Position numbers and translations under genes: made by a program
Notes under the pieces: model-generated
What the model saw: the letters and a program-made list of their open reading frames with translations, nothing else
Told to the model about the DNA's origin: nothing
The model's database searches: none
Source of the DNA: an uncultured Methanolobus sp.
GTDB taxonomy: Archaea; Halobacteriota; Methanosarcinia; Methanosarcinales; Methanosarcinaceae
NCBI GenBank assembly: GCA_963675495.1
Contig: OY776215.1
Location: forward strand, 640,001 to 704,000
Length of the DNA: 64,000 bases
Direction: 5' to 3'
Shown: one piece after another, positions 31,441 through 40,364 of the stretch
Layout of the letters: every line of letters starts with the position of its first letter
Numbering within the stretch: position 1 is the first letter of the stretch

Positions 31441-32628
31441 ATGAAACCAAACCCAAATTTGATACCCAGATTTAATATTGATTACAATGTAAAAGATCTA
31501 GTGGATTCTCTACTAAAATTGAAAGATCCTGTTGCATCTGATTGTATGAATTTAATATTCCCGGATTCAAACGTCATTTTTACAAATAGTGGTAGAACGT
31601 CACTGTATTTAATATTGAAATGTTTGAATTTACCACCCGAGTCAAATGTTGGCATTCCACTATACTCTTGTCCGAGTACTTTTGATTCCATTATTCACGC
31701 AGGACATGTCCCTGTTTTTTTAGATATAGATATCAATAATTTGACTCTTGATGTCAATGACCTGAATAATAAGATCAACAATTTAGATGCTATAGTGGTC
31801 ATTCATACATTCGGCAGACCTGCTGATATGACTAACATTATGAAAATAGCAGTCAATATTCCTGTTATAGAAGACTGCGCACATGCACTTTTGAGTAAAC
31901 ATGGGGATTCTTTACTTGGTACAATTGGTATTGCGGGATATTTTAGTTTCAGGTCTGGTAAATACCTATCAGCTGGAGAAGGCGGCATGATCCTCACTTC
32001 AGACGATGTTCTGGCAAATAAAATATCTGAAGAGCTAAATACATTCCCTGATGAAAGCATTGCAGGTGAAATAAAACATGCTTTTAAAACATATCTGCGA
32101 TCAGCTCTCTATCACAGACCATGGTTTGGTCTTTTTTCCCTGCCTGTTGGTTCATTGGTTGAAAAAAAAGTAGACATCATGAATAAATATTCCTTCAAGA
32201 TACAAAAAATCAGGAAAACTGATCTTGCTGTTATTTGTAGGAAAATTAAGGTTTTTCCATCCAATGTTGAAAAACAACGCGGTAATTCTTCTTTGTACTT
32301 AGAATCCATCAATTCCTTTGAGTCAAATGTTGTCACCGAAACAGATGATACTTATTGTAATTGCTTCTTGTTTCCTATTATAACACAAAATAAAAGATCA
32401 AGGGACGAAATGGCTATTGCTCTTACAAAAAAAGGGATAGATACAACACAACTTTTCAGTAATGTTCCTTCTATAGCCAAAGAGAGCTATGGTTACCTAG
32501 GTGACTGTCCAAATACCGAATATTTGTGTGACAGGATTCTGACCATACCTAATCATTATGTACTTAAACAAAAAGATTTGAAACATATAATTGCTTGCGT
32601 CAATCATTCTTGTGATAGGAGTTTATAG
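31441..32628 (+). CDS. DegT-family PLP-dependent protein (divergent)
   Basis: TNSGRTSL, IHTFGRP, IEDCAHA, SFRSGKYLSAGEGG. Confidence 0.85.
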   Translation: MKPNPNLIPRFNIDYNVKDLVDSLLKLKDPVASDCMNLIFPDSNVIFTNSGRTSLYLILKCLNLPPESNVGIPLYSCPSTFDSIIHAGHVPVFLDIDINNLTLDVNDLNNKINNLDAIVVIHTFGRPADMTNIMKIAVNIPVIEDCAHALLSKHGDSLLGTIGIAGYFSFRSGKYLSAGEGGMILTSDDVLANKISEELNTFPDESIAGEIKHAFKTYLRSALYHRPWFGLFSLPVGSLVEKKVDIMNKYSFKIQKIRKTDLAVICRKIKVFPSNVEKQRGNSSLYLESINSFESNVVTETDDTYCNCFLFPIITQNKRSRDEMAIALTKKGIDTTQLFSNVPSIAKESYGYLGDCPNTEYLCDRILTIPNHYVLKQKDLKHIIACVNHSCDRSL

Positions 32629-32629
32629 C

Positions 32630-33649
32630 TTGCCTGAAATTGTCATTACTAACAATGTAAAAAATAAAGAATTTGATGAGTTTTTATACAATAATCCATA
32701 TGCCAGCATATTCCAGACAAGAGAAATGGCTGAGGTCTACAGTAAAAATCCAGCTGCGCAACCATTTATGTTGACAGCTGTAAATAAAGATACGGACGAG
32801 ATTGTTGCTTCCCTTTTAGCAAAGATACTGGATGAGAAAAAAGGGTTTATGAGCAGCTTTTCTCGTCACTCGACTATAAGAGGCGGGCCTATTTTTGATA
32901 GTGAACAGGGAATAACTGCCATACCATTACTTTTTAAACAATACAATGAAATTGCCAATAAAAAAAATGTCATGTACAGCAGGATCTATCCTTTGGAAAA
33001 TACTATCGATGCTTTTTCCGTGTACGAAAAATGTGATTACGAATGTGAAACATGGAATAATTTCATTATCGATTTAGATAAAACAAAAAAAGAATTATGG
33101 AGTTCAATTAGCAAAAGTAAAAGAAGATGTGTAAATAAAGCAAAGAGTAATGGTTTAATTTTTAGAGAACTGGAAAGCAGAGAGGAAGTCAAAATTTTTT
33201 ATGAACTGGTAAAGCAGCGATATTCAATCAGAAACAATCCTCTTGAGGACATAAGTAATTTTGAGGCAGTTTACGATATACTTGTTCCTAAAAAGATGGC
33301 TAAATTCTTTTTTGTAGAATACGACGGTAAATGTATCGGTACACGCCTTGTTCTCTTGTACAAAAATAACATCTATGCCTGGTATAATGGCTCTGATTCT
33401 GAGTATTTCAATTATTACCCAAATGATTTCGCAGTATGGTCAGTTCTTGAATGGGGCCTGGAAAATGGTTTCACGTCATTCGATTTTGGTGGTGGCGGAA
33501 AAGATGAAGATACATCAGCTGGGTGGGTTCAATTTAAAAGACTCTTTGGAGGAAATATGGTTAATTACGGAAGATACACCTATATTCACAAGCCATTGAA
33601 GCTTCAATTTGCAAAAAGTGTGTTCAGTGTTTACAAGAAATTTTTATAA
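32630..33649 (+). CDS. FemAB/FemX-like GNAT (aminoacyl/acyl transferase)
   Basis: IFQT, RGGP, IDL....ELWSSISKSKRRCVNKA, FDFGGGG, FKRLFGG. TTG 32630 follows AGGAG. Confidence 0.85.
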   Translation: MPEIVITNNVKNKEFDEFLYNNPYASIFQTREMAEVYSKNPAAQPFMLTAVNKDTDEIVASLLAKILDEKKGFMSSFSRHSTIRGGPIFDSEQGITAIPLLFKQYNEIANKKNVMYSRIYPLENTIDAFSVYEKCDYECETWNNFIIDLDKTKKELWSSISKSKRRCVNKAKSNGLIFRELESREEVKIFYELVKQRYSIRNNPLEDISNFEAVYDILVPKKMAKFFFVEYDGKCIGTRLVLLYKNNIYAWYNGSDSEYFNYYPNDFAVWSVLEWGLENGFTSFDFGGGGKDEDTSAGWVQFKRLFGGNMVNYGRYTYIHKPLKLQFAKSVFSVYKKFL

Positions 33650-33682
33650 TATACGCTTATATAGATATCAGGAGTTGCCTTC

Positions 33683-34759
33683 ATGAGAATTATGATAGGA
33701 GTTGCCCATCCAAAGCACGTTCATTTTAGAAAAAATCTCATCAAGAATTTGCTCTTGAATGGACATGAAGTAAAAGTAGTTGCAAGAGAAAAGGACATTA
33801 CATTCCAGTTATTAAACTCTTATGGAATTAAATATGAATCTATAGGGCCCCACTATAAAAACTTCTATAAGAAAATATATGGCGTATATGAAGCAGACAG
33901 TTTAACTTATAAAATTGCTCGAAGGTTTAATCCGGACCTGATAATAGGAGGAAGCCCATATTTAGCACATGTAGGTAAACTATTGAAAATACCTCATATT
34001 GGTTTTTCAGATACTGAAAACACTCCTTTTAATAATTATATATTGCATTCCTGCTCAAAACTTGTTTGCACACCATTTTCATTTAAAAATTCATTGGGGT
34101 CAAAAAGACACATTTATTATAATGGGTTTGAGGAATTAGCATATTTACATCCTACTGACTTTAAGCCGGATGAATCGGTATTTGAGTCTCTTGACATCAA
34201 CTCTGATGAAAAATATATTGTTGTACGATTTGTGGAATGGGATGCAACTCATGACAAAGGCTCAAAAGGTTTCACTGATAAATTGAGTATCGTCAGGGAG
34301 CTGGAGAAATATGGGCGGGTTTTCATAACATCAGAAAAAGAACTCCCCCCAAGTCTTGAAAAAAATCGGATAAGTGTCCCACCTGAAAAAATCCATGATT
34401 TCATGTATTATGCAAATCTCTTCATTGGTGAAAGTTCTTCCATGGCATGTGAAAGTGCTGTCCTTGGTACTCCCTCCATCTACTTATCTACAAGCAGAAG
34501 GGGTTACATTGATGAAATGGAATCATCGTACGGCCTTGTTTATAATTATTCTGATCCGGAGACAGGCCAATCAGATGCTTTCAAAAAAGCCATAGAGATC
34601 CTGGAAGACAGTAATAGCAAACTGAAATGGCAACAAAAGCGTGAAAGAATGCTCAATGATAAGATAGATGTCACAAAATTCATTACTGAACTTGTAGATG
34701 GCTATCCAGATAGCATAAAAACCTTGAAGAACAAAGAGGGTATCATCTATAAAGGTTAA
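33683..34759 (+). CDS. DUF354-family protein (GT-B-like fold)
   Basis: HPKHVHF, AREKD, DTE, EELAYLHP..FKPD, VVRFVEWDATHD, MACESAVLGTP. Confidence 0.85.
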   Translation: MRIMIGVAHPKHVHFRKNLIKNLLLNGHEVKVVAREKDITFQLLNSYGIKYESIGPHYKNFYKKIYGVYEADSLTYKIARRFNPDLIIGGSPYLAHVGKLLKIPHIGFSDTENTPFNNYILHSCSKLVCTPFSFKNSLGSKRHIYYNGFEELAYLHPTDFKPDESVFESLDINSDEKYIVVRFVEWDATHDKGSKGFTDKLSIVRELEKYGRVFITSEKELPPSLEKNRISVPPEKIHDFMYYANLFIGESSSMACESAVLGTPSIYLSTSRRGYIDEMESSYGLVYNYSDPETGQSDAFKKAIEILEDSNSKLKWQQKRERMLNDKIDVTKFITELVDGYPDSIKTLKNKEGIIYKG

Positions 34760-34789
34760 GGTTAAAGATCCTTACTACTGGAAGATACT

Positions 34790-35482
34790 ATGAAAATTGC
34801 TATTCATCAACCTAATTATCTGCCTTATCTTGGTTTTTTTGACAAAATGAACAAAGCAGATGTATTTGTAATATATGATGATGCCCAATTCAATAAAGAG
34901 GATTTCCAGCATCGAAATAAGATACGCATTTTCAATGGTTGGAAATGGTTGACTGTACCTGTAGAGAAGAAAAGGATACCTATCAGGGAAATCAAGATAC
35001 GTAATAGTCTCCTCACAAAAGGTCAGATGTGGAATGATGTGCATCTGTCAATGCTGAAAGAAAACTACATAAACTCCCGGGAATTTCAGAATTACGAATC
35101 TGGAATCGAAGCTATATACATGTCTGATTACGAATATCTATTTGATCTAAATATGTCTTTGATCGACTTTTTAATGAAATCATTTGGTCTAAAAACCAAA
35201 ATTGTTTTTTCCAGTGAATTTGATTTCAAGACAAAGTCAACTGAAAGATTAGTAGACATTGTTGATTGTTTGGATGGTGATGTTTACATATCAGGCCCAT
35301 GCGGCAAGAATTACTTAGACACTTCTTTGTTTGAAACTAAGGATATATCTGTAGAATATCAAGACTTTAGACATCCGGTCTATGAGCAATGTTATGAAAG
35401 CTTTGAACCAAATATGGCTTCCATTGACGCTCTATTTAGTATTGGGAGAAAGACATTTAATATGAGGGATTGGAATGGTTAA
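34790..35482 (+). CDS. WbqC-family protein (putative glycyl transferase for sugar modification)
   Basis: IHQPNYLPYLGFFDK, RNKI, WLTVPV, YISGPCGKNYL, HPVYEQ. Confidence 0.92.
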   Translation: MKIAIHQPNYLPYLGFFDKMNKADVFVIYDDAQFNKEDFQHRNKIRIFNGWKWLTVPVEKKRIPIREIKIRNSLLTKGQMWNDVHLSMLKENYINSREFQNYESGIEAIYMSDYEYLFDLNMSLIDFLMKSFGLKTKIVFSSEFDFKTKSTERLVDIVDCLDGDVYISGPCGKNYLDTSLFETKDISVEYQDFRHPVYEQCYESFEPNMASIDALFSIGRKTFNMRDWNG

Positions 35483-36089
35483 AAGAACAATTTTGGCAGT
35501 CGGTGCTCATCCAGATGATATTGAGATAGGATGTGGCGGGACAATAAAAAAGCATATCCTGAAGGGTGATGATGTATACTATTTGATTGCTACAAAGGGA
35601 GAAAAAGGCGGGGATCCTAAGGAGAGGGTGGAAGAAGCCAGAAAAGCTGCACACATGATGGGTGTGAAAATGGTTGATTTTTTAGACCTGAAAGATACAT
35701 TTGTGTCCCACAACGGGATTACTGTGTCAATGATCGATGAAGTAGTCAAAAAATATGTTCCTTCTATAATCTATGTTCATTCGCTTAAGGATTATCATCA
35801 GGATCACCGCAACATTGCTCTGGCAGTCCTTTCAGCATCCCGCAAGATGGAAAACAGCATTATGTGCTATGAAGCTCCATCCACAACTCTTAAATTCGTC
35901 CCAAATGCATTCAGCGATATAAGTGAAACCTTTGAGACAAAGGTTTCCTGTGTGAAAGAGTTCTTTTCTCAGGAAGAACGAAATTATGTAGAACGTGAGG
36001 CAATTATCGATCTTTGCAAGTTTAGGGGCAAAACGATTAATGTGGAATATGCTGAAGCATTTGAAGTGGTAAGATTACTGGAATGGTAG
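35475..36089 (+). CDS. PIG-L/LmbE-family N-deacetylase
   Basis: AHPDDIEIGCGGT, DYHQDH, YAEAF. Overlaps the WbqC stop. Confidence 0.92.
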   Translation: MVKRTILAVGAHPDDIEIGCGGTIKKHILKGDDVYYLIATKGEKGGDPKERVEEARKAAHMMGVKMVDFLDLKDTFVSHNGITVSMIDEVVKKYVPSIIYVHSLKDYHQDHRNIALAVLSASRKMENSIMCYEAPSTTLKFVPNAFSDISETFETKVSCVKEFFSQEERNYVEREAIIDLCKFRGKTINVEYAEAFEVVRLLEW

Positions 36090-36235
36090 TTTTCTGTGTA
36101 TAGCCCTTCCTTAAAAAACATTAATATATACCTTGTTTGCTTATAAGGAGTTGAAAATTGAAATATACAATTTTAAACGATGAATTATATTCCTTTTTTA
36201 GAGCAAACAATGAAACTTGACTGGGGAACTTTAAA

Positions 36236-37780
36236 ATGAAGATATCAATTAGGACAATGGTGGAATTGTTTATTCCTTTGTTTTTATTGAACATTATTTT
36301 GCGTAATCAAGTTGTTTCCAATGAGATAGGAGTAGATTCATTTTTAATGCATGCAATGGCTAACTCCATTACAGAATATGGTTCAGCCAAATGGACATTG
36401 GACCCTCTATCTTATTTTGGGCTTTATCCAGCTTCATACACAAGCGCTATGCAGTTTCTGGTATCAGGTTTTTCCCAGTTGTCGGGTCTGGAAATGAGAT
36501 GGACTATCTTTTTATATTGTTTAATAATTGGTTTAATCAGTATGTTTGCTTCTTATCTTATGGCCAGTGAGATTTTTGATGATGATCTTTATAAGATATT
36601 AACAGCATTCGCACTTCCACTTTCACCAGGAGTTCTGGGCTACAGTACCTGGACCATTCCAACAAGAGGACTCTTTGTCATGCTGGCACCTTTATTTATC
36701 TTTTTGCTTTTAAGATGTAGAAAATCTTTGAAATTTGTTCCTTTAACTTTGATTTTTGGGTTCTTGCTTTTTACTGTTCATCACCTATTTTATTTCTTGC
36801 TCCCTGTCATTGGTGCTTTTTTTATCCTCTATTGTACATTTCTACTCAAGGACAAACTGAGGATTAGTGACCAACCTATCATACAAAAATATTTGCCGTT
36901 TTTTATTATTATGGGTTTTGGATTTATGTTCTCTATTCCATTTTTTACTGGAAAGTTCATAGAACAAACCCGGTATGCACCCGTCTATATAAATTATATC
37001 AGGTATGTTGGGCTTCTCTTCATTCCAGCTATAGGTGGATTCTTGTACCTCGTGTTTAAAAGAAATAAAGAGTTTGGAGAATGGTTCTTAATATTGTCCC
37101 TGATGTTTTTAACGGTGTTTGTATATGAACAAACATATATGAAATGGTTCATACCAATCTTTGCAATTCCTTTTGCAAGTATGGGTTTGTTTAATATTAT
37201 AAAAGATTCAAAAAATAAAATAGTAGCAACTAAAGTGTTTATGCTGTTTATAATAGGTTCTATTATATTTTCGGGTTACTACCAGTACATAAATATTTAT
37301 GAAGAAGATGCTTATAGTGAAAGATATCTGGAAAAATCGGTTTTTGAAACTGGCCTGTGGGTTCAAAATCATATAACTGAGACTGCTACAACAAATGATA
37401 TTCAGTTCGGAAGGCGTATAGCTTCAGTGGCTGATACATCCCACATACTAACAGATTCAACCATTCTCAATGAAGTTTACGGATTTTATAATGTAAACAT
37501 TTCTAACTTTGAGCGTCATCCGATCACATCAGAAGACTTTTGGTTTAGTGGTTACAAAGGTAAGGACTATGGACTTATTAAATGGGAACGCGTTCAAAAA
37601 GGAACGGATGATGATACCAGCGTAAAATTTTTCGTTGAAAATACCAGAGCAAATGGTAACATTATTTGGAACCATAAAATAGTTCCCTCCCCACTATTGA
37701 AAGATGCTCGTTCTCAGAACAAAATATATGATAATGAGATATCAAACATATGGACTTTGAATTGGGATGATGAAACCTAA
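36236..37780 (+). CDS. Polytopic membrane protein, possible GT-C-type transferase or glycan polymerase
   Basis: About 11 TM helices; acidic first loop (EIGVDSF); HH motif; soluble C-terminal domain ending KIYDN. Confidence 0.6.
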   Translation: MKISIRTMVELFIPLFLLNIILRNQVVSNEIGVDSFLMHAMANSITEYGSAKWTLDPLSYFGLYPASYTSAMQFLVSGFSQLSGLEMRWTIFLYCLIIGLISMFASYLMASEIFDDDLYKILTAFALPLSPGVLGYSTWTIPTRGLFVMLAPLFIFLLLRCRKSLKFVPLTLIFGFLLFTVHHLFYFLLPVIGAFFILYCTFLLKDKLRISDQPIIQKYLPFFIIMGFGFMFSIPFFTGKFIEQTRYAPVYINYIRYVGLLFIPAIGGFLYLVFKRNKEFGEWFLILSLMFLTVFVYEQTYMKWFIPIFAIPFASMGLFNIIKDSKNKIVATKVFMLFIIGSIIFSGYYQYINIYEEDAYSERYLEKSVFETGLWVQNHITETATTNDIQFGRRIASVADTSHILTDSTILNEVYGFYNVNISNFERHPITSEDFWFSGYKGKDYGLIKWERVQKGTDDDTSVKFFVENTRANGNIIWNHKIVPSPLLKDARSQNKIYDNEISNIWTLNWDDET

Positions 37781-37989
37781 GTTCGAAAACTCCAAGATAT
37801 GACAATCGATACCTATATACATATACCTTCGTAACTGATTCCTCTAAAATGTCGTGCTATTTTTCAATCAACTTTGTGTTAGCCAAAGTAAAAAAAGGAC
37901 AGAAATAATTAGTTTTCAATAATAAAAATTTCCCGGAAAACATGCATTCCATTAAGAAAAAAATAGGAATATTCTGTTAATCGATTAAT

Positions 37990-38871
37990 TCAATTTCGAC
38001 CTATTTTCTTATGGAAAAGTTTTTTCCATTTATTCCAATTGTAATCCTTAATTTCATTATCATCTATTTTTTGTCTCAAAACAAACGTATTATAACAATA
38101 TCCAGACAAATATGCAATTCCTATATAGTGAGGATATTTTTTTGATCTCACTACTGACTTCAAAATCACATGAATTGGATGTAAATTCAAAAAGCTCTGC
38201 CCCATTCCTGTTTTAAAATATCCTGCCCAGTATCCTGCAATAGCATTCACCTCTCTGGAATCAACTGATCGTATGTTATCAAATTTTTTAGTCTCCCATC
38301 CACGGATTCTTGCTTTTGTCTTAATTGCACTGTCCCATGAATACGTTAATGGCAGGGATGAACCACAATCCACAAGACACTCTTTTCTCACAAGCATATT
38401 TCCACCAGATGGTTCACTTTCTTTTGTTTTGTAATGATGAATTGCTCCGTCTTTATGGTACCATGTACCACCACTTGAAATCCCAAGGGTATCTTGTTTA
38501 TGAAATTCTTTAATTAATGATTCATAGTAGTCTTCAACTACAGAAACATCACCATCTACATTTCCCCAAAAAGAGAAATCCAGATCATTTTTATCACAGA
38601 GGTCCAATAAAGTTGACATGCCCATATTTACCACATCTGACAGATGAAAGCCCAGATCATACTCTCCTTCTTCCAGCCTGAGCGTTTCTATAAAACTGTA
38701 ATCCTCCATAGCTTTACTTATTATGTCAGGGGTGGAATCTGTACTTCCGTCATCGATTATAAGCCATATCATAGGAAGAATTGTTTGATTTCCAATTGAC
38801 TCGATTAGAAGAGGGAGGTTTTCTTCTTCGTTTTTTACTGGTGTTTGTATTATATAGCCTCTTTTTTTCAC
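37990..38871 (-). CDS. Glycosyltransferase family 2
   Basis: TPVKNEEENL, IIDDGSTDST, VDGD (DxD), WD. GTG at 38871 is preferred over 38919, which overlaps the opposite gene. Confidence 0.88.
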   Translation of the reverse strand: MKKRGYIIQTPVKNEEENLPLLIESIGNQTILPMIWLIIDDGSTDSTPDIISKAMEDYSFIETLRLEEGEYDLGFHLSDVVNMGMSTLLDLCDKNDLDFSFWGNVDGDVSVVEDYYESLIKEFHKQDTLGISSGGTWYHKDGAIHHYKTKESEPSGGNMLVRKECLVDCGSSLPLTYSWDSAIKTKARIRGWETKKFDNIRSVDSREVNAIAGYWAGYFKTGMGQSFLNLHPIHVILKSVVRSKKYPHYIGIAYLSGYCYNTFVLRQKIDDNEIKDYNWNKWKKLFHKKIGRN

Positions 38872-38907
38872 AAAAACTAATATACGATTATACTTATAAT
38901 ATTTTCG

Positions 38908-40014
38908 ATGATACCGCACAACAGACCTAACATAGGAGAGGAGGAAAAAAATGCTGTTATGGACTGTTTACAAAAAAATATTTTAACTAGCGGGGAAATT
39001 GTTGCTAAATTCGAGGATGAATTCTCCAGATATATTGGCATGAATTCAACTGCTACCAGTTCAGGAACACATTCATTGCATCTTGCTCTTCTTGCCCTTG
39101 GCATAAACAATGGCGATGAAGTGATACTTCCGACATTCACATGCCCTACGGTTGCTCTACCAATTCTTTATCAAAATGCTAAACCTAATTTTTGCGATAT
39201 AGACAAAGATTTTAATCTCTCAGTTGACTACTTAAAAAAAACATGCACGGATAATACAAAAGCCATTATCGTACCACATATGTTTGGTTATCCGGCAAAA
39301 ATAAAAGAAATAAAAGAATTCTGCGAAGAACGCAGTATTTTTCTGATAGAAGACTGTGCTCAATCAATTGGTTCCGAATATGACCATAAAAAAGTAGGTA
39401 CTTTCGGAGATGTGTCCTGTTTTAGTTTTTATGCCACTAAAGTGATATCATCGATAAAAGGTGGTATGGTATGTACAAAGAACAATGAAATATTGGACAA
39501 TTTGAATCAGGTAATATTTTCAGACGACCCTTCAGCAGACAAATTAAGCACGCTCAAGGAAGATGATTTGAATATTGATTGTAAATCTAAACCAATGTAT
39601 AATTATCATATGTCTGATGTGGAAGCTGCTGTTGGGAGAGTACAACTGAATAAGATAGATTCAATTATATCAGATCGACGAAAGATAGCAAAAAACTACA
39701 TAAATGGACTTGAAAATTGTGACTTACCTCTCGAAGATGATATAAGACGGCATATTTACATGCGTTTTGTTATTGAAACAAAAAAAAATAATCAGGATCT
39801 AGTTAAAGATTTAAATAGAAGACAGATATCGTCTACAATTATTCATGCACCTCTTTTACACCAAAGAAATTTATTTAGACCTTATGCACAAGATCAGATT
39901 TTTCCCATGGCAGAATCAAAAATAAAAAGAATGCTATCTATTCCTATTTTCCCTTCTATGAGTAATGAACAATTAGAGTACGTCATAAATAATATAAATT
40001 ATTGCCTGAAGTAA
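38908..40014 (+). CDS. DegT-family aminotransferase
   Basis: MIPHNRP, SSGTHSLHLAL, GDEVILPTFTC, IEDCAQSIG, SFYATK. Confidence 0.9.
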   Translation: MIPHNRPNIGEEEKNAVMDCLQKNILTSGEIVAKFEDEFSRYIGMNSTATSSGTHSLHLALLALGINNGDEVILPTFTCPTVALPILYQNAKPNFCDIDKDFNLSVDYLKKTCTDNTKAIIVPHMFGYPAKIKEIKEFCEERSIFLIEDCAQSIGSEYDHKKVGTFGDVSCFSFYATKVISSIKGGMVCTKNNEILDNLNQVIFSDDPSADKLSTLKEDDLNIDCKSKPMYNYHMSDVEAAVGRVQLNKIDSIISDRRKIAKNYINGLENCDLPLEDDIRRHIYMRFVIETKKNNQDLVKDLNRRQISSTIIHAPLLHQRNLFRPYAQDQIFPMAESKIKRMLSIPIFPSMSNEQLEYVINNINYCLK

Positions 40015-40364
40015 TAAGCTGTTTATCTTTGAAAGGATTTAATACATTCAAAATATAAAATAAAAAAATATATTTATCAGTATCCATTAGCTTATTCCAC
40101 AAACTGTTAAAAAATACTTACATTTAAATATTTATTATAGAATATTTATTAATTGATATATATTTAGATACATTTATGTATTTTGAAGAATTTAAGACAT
40201 TAGAGATTACAACATTGTAAAATAAAAAACAAAAACGACTCTGAACAATTTCTGAACTGGACATCATATTCACCAACAAATGCTCAGGTGTAACCATACC
40301 CCACCACCTGATGTCCATGTGTTATTCAGACATGTACACATAAGAACTGCTTATATTTCAATTT

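Noticed and set aside
38872-38919. Head-to-head coding overlap of GT2 (ORF start 38919) and DegT (38908)
   Set aside because: GT2 homology begins at the TPVKNEE strand, so GTG 38871 is the more plausible start and removes the overlap.
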